A stretch of DNA of 64,000 nucleotides, taken from NCBI GenBank assembly GCA_012518685.1, contig JAAYRQ010000032.1, positions 446-64,445 of the forward strand, given 5' to 3'. Positions 56,821 to 64,000 of this stretch are shown piece by piece (positions within the stretch are counted from its first letter, which is position 1; every line of letters begins with the position of its first letter). The notes beneath the pieces are model-generated. The model made no database searches and was not told where the DNA came from. It was given only the letters and a program-made list of their open reading frames with translations. Source of the DNA: Syntrophomonadaceae bacterium (lineage in GTDB: Bacteria; Bacillota; Syntrophomonadia; Syntrophomonadales; Syntrophomonadaceae). The position numbers and the translations under genes are program-made.

Positions 56821-57573
56821 ATGAATAAAAACAATAAGAAAGTCGCACTAGTTACCGGGGGAAGCAGAGGAATTGGATGTGGTATAGTAAGATCTTTAGC
56901 AGAAGCTGGGTATAATGTTGCCTTTACATATAATACAAATAAGGAATTAGCGGAAAGATTAGTACAGGATATCGGAAAATTTGATAGCAGAGTAATAGCA
57001 GTGCAAATGTCTTTACAGGATAAAAACACAATAAAAAAAGCTTTAAAAAGTATTACTGACGAATTTGGTATGATTAATATACTAATAAATAACGCAGGAA
57101 TGGCCCAAGAAAAACCATTTATAAACATAACAGGACAAGATTTTGATGATATGATGGCGGTTAATCTGAAAGGACCTTTCATTTTATGCCAAGAAACAAT
57201 ACCGAATATGGTAAGTAATGGCTGGGGCAGAATTATTAATATTTCCTCCATAGGTGGTCAATGGGGAGGATACAATCAAGTTCATTACGCTGCCGCTAAG
57301 GCAGGATTAATTAATTTGACCCGTTCATTGGCCCGTATTTATAGCTCTAATGGTATCACTATAAATGCAGTAGCTCCTGGTCTCATACATACCGATATGA
57401 TTACTCAAGAAATTAATTCGGAATCTGGAAGGGATAAGATAAAAAATATTCCCGCTGGAAGAATAGGGGAAACAAAAGAGGTAGCAGATGTAGTAAAATT
57501 TTTAGTAAGCGAAGAAGCCAGTTATATTACCGGACAGACTATTAATGTAAATGGCGGAATGTATTTTGTTTAA
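56821..57573 (+). CDS. Short-chain dehydrogenase/reductase (FabG/PtmA-like)
   Basis: Motifs TGGSRGIG, NNAG and the catalytic YAAAK. Confidence 0.9.
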   Translation: MNKNNKKVALVTGGSRGIGCGIVRSLAEAGYNVAFTYNTNKELAERLVQDIGKFDSRVIAVQMSLQDKNTIKKALKSITDEFGMINILINNAGMAQEKPFINITGQDFDDMMAVNLKGPFILCQETIPNMVSNGWGRIINISSIGGQWGGYNQVHYAAAKAGLINLTRSLARIYSSNGITINAVAPGLIHTDMITQEINSESGRDKIKNIPAGRIGETKEVADVVKFLVSEEASYITGQTINVNGGMYFV

Positions 57574-57589
57574 AAAGGAGGTATTAGGG

Positions 57590-59299
57590 TTGGATGGAGC
57601 ACAGATTATTAAAAATGCAATTATTAAAAACAAGTTGCAACGGGTTTTTGTTTATCCTGGGGGAACTATTGCCCCAATAATAGATGCCTTAAATAATGAG
57701 GGCATAGGGGTGTTTTGTGCTAGGCATGAGCAAGGTGCTGCCTATGCGGCACTTGCAGTAGCGCGAATAACAGGTTGTCCCCAGGTAGTATTAGTAACTT
57801 CAGGTCCAGGGGTCACAAATGTGCTTACTTCCATAGCTGATGCTTATTTCGATTCTATCCCTTTGATTTTGATAACTGGACAAGTTGCAACCGCGGATTT
57901 AAGTGGACCTAGCCTTCCGGTCAGGCAAAGAGGATTCCAGGAAGTAAATACGGTATCCATTATGAAATCGGTAACTAAAGCACAGTTTTTGGTGAAAGAT
58001 GTTTTACACCTGGAAAAGGCACTGGAAGAAGCCTTTTTTATCAGTCAGGAGGGAAGACCGGGGCCAGTGGTGATAGATATACCCATGGATGTGCAACGGG
58101 GGAATATAAATAATTCCCTAACTAATATAAACAGGCAAGACAAGATTAATAATAAAAAAAATCTTAAATGGATAGATGCGGAAAGTATAGAACAGGTTAA
58201 AAATAAAATTTGTTCCGCAACCCGTCCGGTTATAATTGCCGGGCAAGGTTTATTAACTGCCAAAGCCCATGAAGAATTCAGGGAATTTGTAGATAAAACC
58301 AATATTCCAGTAAGTCATAGTTTGCTGGGGTTAGGAGCCTATCCTACCCAATCTCCTATTGCGATAGGCTTTCATGGTCATACTGGCAATCGTTACGCTA
58401 ATAAAACTATATATGAAGCTGATTTAGTATTAGTACTAGGTTCTAGGCTGGATATACGGCAAACAGGTTCCTGTTATGACCAATTTTCACCCCAAGCTTA
58501 TGTAATTCGAGTAGATATAGATGAAGGCGAGATTGGCAGTTCGCGTATTAAAACAGATTTTTCTCTTTGTACTGATGTTAAAATATTTTTATCCCAATTA
58601 AACAAGTCACTAAATGATATTACTATACCCGAGTGGGCTGAATGGTGGGATTGTATAAATAAATGGCGAACTGATTATCCTTTAACCTATCGGGATGATG
58701 ATAAGGTAAAACCACAATCTATTATTGAGATTACCAATGACTTAACCGAAAATTCCCCAGTTGTTTGCATTTCGGGTGTTGGTTCACATCAACAATGGGT
58801 GGCAAGACATTTTGATTTTGATTATCCTGAAAGGATATGGCTTACTTCCGGGGGACATGGGGCTATGGGTTTTGATTTACCGGCAGCTATTGGTGCCCAG
58901 CTAGCATGTCCGGATAAAATGGTTATTTGTTTTGTAGGCGATGGTTCATTGCAGATGAATATACAGGAACTTGCTACCATAGCTGAATATAATCTACCGA
59001 TTAAGATAATTGTGTTAGATAACAAACGTCTCGCAATGGTTTCACAATTTCAGATGCTAAATTGGGGAGAAGATCCTACTTGTGGAAATAAGACCAATCC
59101 CCCTTTCGCTGACTTAGCATCAGTATATGGTCTTAGAGGATACCTGGTTGATAATAATCAGGAATCCCTAGCTATATTAAAAGAGGCCCTATTTTTTAAC
59201 GGTCCTTGTTTAGTACATTGTATTGTTGATGAAAATGAGGATGTTATCCCGATGTTGTTAGGTGGGCAACCTATGTCGAAGATGTGGCCATATGAGTAA
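57590..59299 (+). CDS. Thiamine-diphosphate-dependent enzyme (acetolactate synthase large subunit / YerE-like)
   Basis: Three-domain ThDP fold: N-terminal VFVYPGG...HEQGAAYAA and a C-terminal GDGS...N Mg-ThDP motif (VGDGSLQMNIQELAT...LDN). TTG 57590 lies 8 nt after AAGGAGG. Confidence 0.88.
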   Translation: MDGAQIIKNAIIKNKLQRVFVYPGGTIAPIIDALNNEGIGVFCARHEQGAAYAALAVARITGCPQVVLVTSGPGVTNVLTSIADAYFDSIPLILITGQVATADLSGPSLPVRQRGFQEVNTVSIMKSVTKAQFLVKDVLHLEKALEEAFFISQEGRPGPVVIDIPMDVQRGNINNSLTNINRQDKINNKKNLKWIDAESIEQVKNKICSATRPVIIAGQGLLTAKAHEEFREFVDKTNIPVSHSLLGLGAYPTQSPIAIGFHGHTGNRYANKTIYEADLVLVLGSRLDIRQTGSCYDQFSPQAYVIRVDIDEGEIGSSRIKTDFSLCTDVKIFLSQLNKSLNDITIPEWAEWWDCINKWRTDYPLTYRDDDKVKPQSIIEITNDLTENSPVVCISGVGSHQQWVARHFDFDYPERIWLTSGGHGAMGFDLPAAIGAQLACPDKMVICFVGDGSLQMNIQELATIAEYNLPIKIIVLDNKRLAMVSQFQMLNWGEDPTCGNKTNPPFADLASVYGLRGYLVDNNQESLAILKEALFFNGPCLVHCIVDENEDVIPMLLGGQPMSKMWPYE

Positions 59300-60515
59300 A
59301 ACATTACTAATAGTTAGCGGTGGAGCAGAGGCAATACCGGGAATATTGAAAGCAAAGGAAATGGGGCTACATGTGGTTGTTAGCGACTATAATCCCGATG
59401 CTCCCGGATTTTTGTATGCTGATGATCGAATAATTGCTAGCACTTATGATGTGGAAGAGACAGTTGGTGCTGCAAAGGAGTTTCATGAAAAGGTCCGACC
59501 TATTGATGGGGTAATCTGTGTGGCCTCGGATGTGCCCCTAACAGTGGCTAGTGTGGCTGAAAAATTGGGTTTACCGGGCTTAAACGTAGAAACTGCCAGA
59601 TTAGCTAGTGATAAACTGGCCATGAAAGATAAATTTTGTGCAACAGGAATTCCTGTACCCTGGTATAAGGCAGTATTTTCAGCTGAGGAATTACGATCTC
59701 TTTGTATGGAAAAGGGTTTTTCGCTTATTATAAAGCCCGTAGATAGCCGGGGAGCAAGGGGAGTACTTTTAATTAAATCAGACACCGACTTGAAAGAGGC
59801 TTTTAATACCGCACTTGAAAATTCGCCTACGGGCAGGGTTATGGTAGAGGAGTTCATAAGTGGTCCGCAGATAAGCACAGAAGCGGTCATAGTGGATGGG
59901 ACAGGATATAATCTGGGATTCGCAGACAGGAATTATGAAGAAATGGAAAAATATGCTCCGCACATAATTGAAAACGGAGGAACCCAACCCTCAATTTTGC
60001 CTGCACCTATCCAAAAAGATATAGCCAATTTAGCGATCAGGGCAGGAAAGGCTTTGGGTGTTACTAATGGTATAGTTAAAGGTGATATGGTATTTGGACC
60101 CAGGGGTCCTATGGTTATAGAGGTTGCTACTAGATTATCGGGGGGGTATTTTAGTTCAGATCAAATACCCTTGCATACGGGTGTGGACATTTTAAAAGCT
60201 GCTATTAAACTAGCTTTAGGGCAAAGGGTTAATCCGCACGAACTGGAAAGGACACGTGATCAAGCAGTAGCCATTCGTTATTTCTTTCCTCCGGAAGGAT
60301 TAATAAAAAAGCTGCCCGATATTTCGGCAGTAAAACAAATGCCGGGGGTTAATAAGGTTGTGTTAGCAGTTGCAGAAGAGGAAGTAATTGAAAAACAAAC
60401 GAATCATACCAAAAGGGCCGGCTGCGTAATTACGGTGGCTGTAAAACGTGAAGATGCAGTTCGATATGCCCGGGATGTTGTTGCTAAAGTGGAGCAAGAA
60501 TTTATAATTAGCTAG
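59292..60515 (+). CDS. ATP-grasp domain ligase
   Basis: Pre-ATP-grasp Rossmann N-terminus, then KPVDSRGARGV and VEEFISGPQISTE (ATP-grasp core). ATG overlaps the end of the ThDP gene by 8 nt. Confidence 0.85.
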   Translation: MSKTLLIVSGGAEAIPGILKAKEMGLHVVVSDYNPDAPGFLYADDRIIASTYDVEETVGAAKEFHEKVRPIDGVICVASDVPLTVASVAEKLGLPGLNVETARLASDKLAMKDKFCATGIPVPWYKAVFSAEELRSLCMEKGFSLIIKPVDSRGARGVLLIKSDTDLKEAFNTALENSPTGRVMVEEFISGPQISTEAVIVDGTGYNLGFADRNYEEMEKYAPHIIENGGTQPSILPAPIQKDIANLAIRAGKALGVTNGIVKGDMVFGPRGPMVIEVATRLSGGYFSSDQIPLHTGVDILKAAIKLALGQRVNPHELERTRDQAVAIRYFFPPEGLIKKLPDISAVKQMPGVNKVVLAVAEEEVIEKQTNHTKRAGCVITVAVKREDAVRYARDVVAKVEQEFIIS

Positions 60516-60527
60516 GGGTTAATATTA

Positions 60528-62495
60528 ATGAAACTGGTTTACTCATTTTTCCATCTTAATCTGGCCTTCTCCTCTATCGAAGAGGAACAACGGGCAGAAG
60601 TCATGGCGAAATGCTACTGGCCTTTGTTGCATTTAATTGAAGATTTAAAGATTTTGGTAGGAATTGAAGCTACTGTTTATACCCTGGAGAACATAGCTCT
60701 TATTGATCATAGGTGGATCGATAAGATTAAGGAATTAATCGGGCAGGGCTTAGTGGAGTTTGTAGGAAGCGGCTATGCCCAAATAATTGGTCCTTTGGTG
60801 CCGGCCTATGTGAATAAGGCCAATTTATACCTAGGTAATCAGGGTTATGAGCGTATATTAGGGATTAGGCCGCAAATAGCCTTAGTTAATGAACAAGCTT
60901 ATTCGGCCGGACTTGTTGAGATATATAAAGAAGCTGGATATGAAACCATTATCATGGAATGGAATAATGCGGCTCATCTTCACCCAAACTGGCAGGAAGA
61001 GTTACAGCATTTTCCCCAGTACATATTAGGCAGTGATGGCAGTCATCTCCCTATAATATGGAACAATTCGGTAGCCTTCCAAAAGTTTCAGCGTTATGCT
61101 CATGGCGATATGGAATTAGAAGAATACCAGGAGTATTTAGATAAATATTTTGCAATTGGGGAGGGAATGTTTTCCCTGTACGGAAATGATGTGGAGATAT
61201 TTGACTTTCGTCCGGGGCGCTATCATACCGAAGCGATTTTGGTTGGCGAAAGTGAATGGCAGCGTATTAATAGGCTATATAGAATGCTTAAAAATGATAA
61301 AAGGGTTAAATTAGTTAAACCAAGTGAAGTCTTAGGTCTAATGAAGGAAAAACCGGCGGGCAATATATTATCCCTAGAAGTACCTGCCCAACCGATTCCG
61401 GTTAAAAAACAAGCTAAGTACAATGTGACCCGCTGGGCGGTTACGGGACGGGATGATTTAGGGATTAATACTAGATGTTGGCGTATTTATGAAGTACTAG
61501 TTAATAACAATGCTTTAGAGGAAGAATGGCAGGAACTCTGCTATTTATGGAGCAGTGATTTTCGTACCCATATTACTGAAAAACGCTGGCAAAAATATTT
61601 GACCCGTTTAAATAATTTTGAAAACTATCTAAGGAAAAAATACCCGGGGGGAAAGCTGAAATCGTCTGATATTGGGGAAAAAATCAATAAATCAAATCTT
61701 ATGGATGTAAAAGAGCAGGGTAGATATATAATCGTAAAGACACCGCAATGTGACGTAAGCCTTGATTCTCAAAGGGGATTAGTTATTAACCATTTTAAGG
61801 TGGGTGAAGGGGAGACTAATTTGTTTGGTACCCTTGCTCATGGTTATTTTGATGATATTTCCGTAGATATGGATTGGTATAGCGGGCATAGTATAGTCGA
61901 ATGTCTGGGTAAGCCTAAAATTACTGATTTGAATCCGGCCCGGGATGTTGAGATAAACTATTACCCGGATGGCCTAATGATTAGCGGAGCAGTTGATACG
62001 AGCGAAGGAAGGGTATATAAATCAATTAAGGTTTTTGCTGATAGTCCTGAACTAACTATACATTATCGTTATCTTTGGGGGGCCCTTCCCCCGGCAACCA
62101 TACGCTGTGCCCATATTACTCTTAATCCGGAAGCTTTTTCCCGCCAAAGCCTCTACTACGCAACTCATAATGGGGGCACCAGTAAAGAGGTATTCCCCTT
62201 GAATGGTATGGAAGTAAATTTAGGAACATCCGTTTCCTTTTTAGTTTCTTCTAACGGGTGTTTAGGTATGACTGAAGGCTGGATCGAGATAGGGGACGAT
62301 AGGCAGGCTTTGCAGATCCGGATTGATAAAACCGAAGCTGCTTTAGTCGGTTTATTAAAATACCAAGAAGTAAAGGACAAGTATCTTCTGCGTTTAGCTT
62401 TTTCTGCGGGAGAATGGGATGAAACCAGGAAGAATAATCAGGTTGATATAGAATCATTAGAATTTACAGTCAGGATTAAGGCAGTAACCAAGTAG
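60528..62495 (+). CDS. Glycoside hydrolase family 57-like / deacetylase-fold protein (tentative)
   Basis: The N-terminal ~300 aa resemble the GH57 (beta/alpha)7 barrel (FFHLNLAFSSI, GSGYAQIIGPL, ALVNEQAYS). The C-terminal 350 aa are unassigned. Confidence 0.45.
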   Translation: MKLVYSFFHLNLAFSSIEEEQRAEVMAKCYWPLLHLIEDLKILVGIEATVYTLENIALIDHRWIDKIKELIGQGLVEFVGSGYAQIIGPLVPAYVNKANLYLGNQGYERILGIRPQIALVNEQAYSAGLVEIYKEAGYETIIMEWNNAAHLHPNWQEELQHFPQYILGSDGSHLPIIWNNSVAFQKFQRYAHGDMELEEYQEYLDKYFAIGEGMFSLYGNDVEIFDFRPGRYHTEAILVGESEWQRINRLYRMLKNDKRVKLVKPSEVLGLMKEKPAGNILSLEVPAQPIPVKKQAKYNVTRWAVTGRDDLGINTRCWRIYEVLVNNNALEEEWQELCYLWSSDFRTHITEKRWQKYLTRLNNFENYLRKKYPGGKLKSSDIGEKINKSNLMDVKEQGRYIIVKTPQCDVSLDSQRGLVINHFKVGEGETNLFGTLAHGYFDDISVDMDWYSGHSIVECLGKPKITDLNPARDVEINYYPDGLMISGAVDTSEGRVYKSIKVFADSPELTIHYRYLWGALPPATIRCAHITLNPEAFSRQSLYYATHNGGTSKEVFPLNGMEVNLGTSVSFLVSSNGCLGMTEGWIEIGDDRQALQIRIDKTEAALVGLLKYQEVKDKYLLRLAFSAGEWDETRKNNQVDIESLEFTVRIKAVTK

Positions 62496-62526
62496 TAGCT
62501 ATTATTAAAGTGATTGGGGAATAAAT

Positions 62527-63507
62527 ATGGGAAAAACCTATTTAATCACCGGCGTAGCCGGCTTCATCGGTTATCATTTAGCGGAAAAAATGCTAGAACT
62601 AGGCATGACCGTAATAGGGCTTGATAATCTAAATGACTATTATGATGTAAATCTAAAACGTAGTCGCCTAGATATATTAGGAGGATTTGATAATTTTAAT
62701 TTTTTCAAGGGTGACATAGCTGATAAGGTTAAAGTAGGCAGTTTATTTAAAAAATATAATTTTGATATCGTGATTAACTTAGCTGCTCAAGCAGGAGTCC
62801 GTTATAGCATTGAAAACCCTGATGTATATATCCAAGCTAATATTATCGGTTTTTATAATATCTTGGAAGCCTGCCGCTATAATAAAGTAGAACATCTTGT
62901 CTATGCATCCTCCAGCTCCGTTTATGGAGCCAATAAAAAGACCCCTTTTTCTACTGAAGATATGGTAGATAAACCAGTAAGCCTCTATGCAGCGACCAAG
63001 AAATCTAATGAGCTAATGGCTTATACCTATAGCCATCTCTATAATATCCCTACTACGGGATTACGGTTTTTTACCGTATATGGGCCTTACGGAAGACCAG
63101 ATATGGCTTATTTTTCATTTACCAGGGCCATCTTAGAAAATAAACCTATTAAGATATTTAATAATGGAGATATGTATAGGGACTTTACTTATATAGATGA
63201 TATTATAACCGGTATTATTAACATTTTACCTAAGCCACCGCAAGAGGATGAAACAGGTGCTCCATATAAACTATATAATATAGGCAATAATCGTCCGGAG
63301 AAATTAATGGATTTTATTCATACCCTTGAAAAGTGCTTAGGGAAAGAAGCAATTAAAGAATATCACCCTATGCAGGCCGGGGATGTTTATCAGACCTATG
63401 CCGATGTAGCAGACTTAATGAAGGATTTTAACTTTAAACCCGATACCCCTATTGATATAGGGCTAGGTAAATTTGTGGAATGGTATAGGGAATATTATGA
63501 GATTTAA
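62527..63507 (+). CDS. NAD-dependent nucleotide-sugar epimerase (UDP-glucuronate 4-epimerase-like)
   Basis: Motifs [21 protein letters not shown] and YAATKKSNE, adjacent to ugd. Confidence 0.85.
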   Translation: MGKTYLITGVAGFIGYHLAEKMLELGMTVIGLDNLNDYYDVNLKRSRLDILGGFDNFNFFKGDIADKVKVGSLFKKYNFDIVINLAAQAGVRYSIENPDVYIQANIIGFYNILEACRYNKVEHLVYASSSSVYGANKKTPFSTEDMVDKPVSLYAATKKSNELMAYTYSHLYNIPTTGLRFFTVYGPYGRPDMAYFSFTRAILENKPIKIFNNGDMYRDFTYIDDIITGIINILPKPPQEDETGAPYKLYNIGNNRPEKLMDFIHTLEKCLGKEAIKEYHPMQAGDVYQTYADVADLMKDFNFKPDTPIDIGLGKFVEWYREYYEI

Positions 63508-63536
63508 AAATAGAAAAGCTAGAGAGGGGAAATTAT

Positions 63537-64000
63537 ATGAAAATCACCGTAGCGGGAGTAGGTTATGTAGGATTATCTAATGCTGTATTATTAGCCCAAC
63601 ACAATGAAGTAATAGCCTTTGATATTATTAAGGAAAAAGTAGATATGCTTAATGCTAGAAAATCTCCTATAATAGATGCGGAAATAGAAGATTACCTAGC
63701 TAATAATAAACTTAATTTAAAAGCGACCAACGATAATTATGAAGCCTATAAGGAGGCCGAATATGTAGTAATAGCTACCCCCACTGATTATGACCCGGAG
63801 AAAAACTATTTTAATACTAGAACGGTAGAAGCAGTTATTGCTAATGTCTTATCTATTAACCCTGGAGCTATAATGATTATTAAGTCTACGGTGCCGGTAG
63901 GCTATACAGAATTAATTAAAGAAAAATTCGAAACAGATAACATCATCTTTAGCCCAGAATTTCTAAGAGAAGGTAAAGCCTTATATGACAACCTATACCC
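63537..64000 (+). CDS. ugd: UDP-glucose 6-dehydrogenase, N-terminal part (runs off the window)
   Basis: Hand translation gives [25 protein letters not shown]...[11 protein letters not shown]...[18 protein letters not shown]. The RBS GAGAGGGGA lies upstream. The ORF is absent from the track because no stop codon falls within the window. Confidence 0.9.
   Translation, partial: MKITVAGVGYVGLSNAVLLAQHNEVIAFDIIKEKVDMLNARKSPIIDAEIEDYLANNKLNLKATNDNYEAYKEAEYVVIATPTDYDPEKNYFNTRTVEAVIANVLSINPGAIMIIKSTVPVGYTELIKEKFETDNIIFSPEFLREGKALYDNLY

Noticed and set aside
56733-57251. 172-aa minus-strand ORF spanning the methyltransferase end and the SDR start.
   Set aside because: It is antisense to two motif-supported genes. 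Its Ile/Phe/Ser/Leu-rich composition is typical of AT-rich antisense frames.

Overview
Chromosomal segment from a low-GC Firmicute that appears spore-forming, flagellated and equipped with an SLH/S-layer-type envelope. Gene order closely parallels Bacillus subtilis (atp-ywmB-murAA-spoIID and degSU-comF-yvyF-flgM-flgK-flgL-yviE-fliW-csrA-hag). Contents in order: (1) ATP synthase operon atpB(partial)EFHAGDC, followed by two tiny membrane/Lys-rich ORFs. (2) A dCache chemoreceptor, ywmB-like gene, murA, spoIID and an H-NOX-fused chemoreceptor. (3) A secondary cell wall polymer (SCWP)/SLH-anchoring locus: csaB, a MurJ-family flippase, a large DUF5693-like membrane protein, tagO/wecA, an LCP ligase, an MBOAT plus DltD/SGNH-like O-acyltransferase pair, an SLH-anchored S8 protease, wecB/mnaA and a phosphohexomutase. 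This locus is interrupted by a TetR-controlled RND efflux operon. (4) degS-degU, comFC and the late flagellar cluster yvyF-flgM-flgN-flgK-[GxxExxY cassette]-flgL-DUF6470-fliW-csrA-fliD. (5) A decayed Fic/VbhA-like toxin-antitoxin remnant. (6) Flagellin with a long leader rich in CsrA-type motifs. (7) A flagellin glycosylation island: unknown ORF, Maf, PseB, NeuB-like, cytidylyltransferase, PseG-like, C-methyltransferase-like, SDR, ThDP enzyme, ATP-grasp and GH57-like genes. (8) UDP-glucuronate 4-epimerase and a partial ugd. The most unusual items are the non-canonical sugar-tailoring module of the glycosylation island, the repeat-flanked GxxExxY cassette splitting flgK from flgL (with a solo repeat copy abutting the fliW RBS), the flagellin leader, and a family of REP-like GTCATYCTGA elements. 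Function calls rest on recognised motifs, synteny and reading the sequence; no database search was run.
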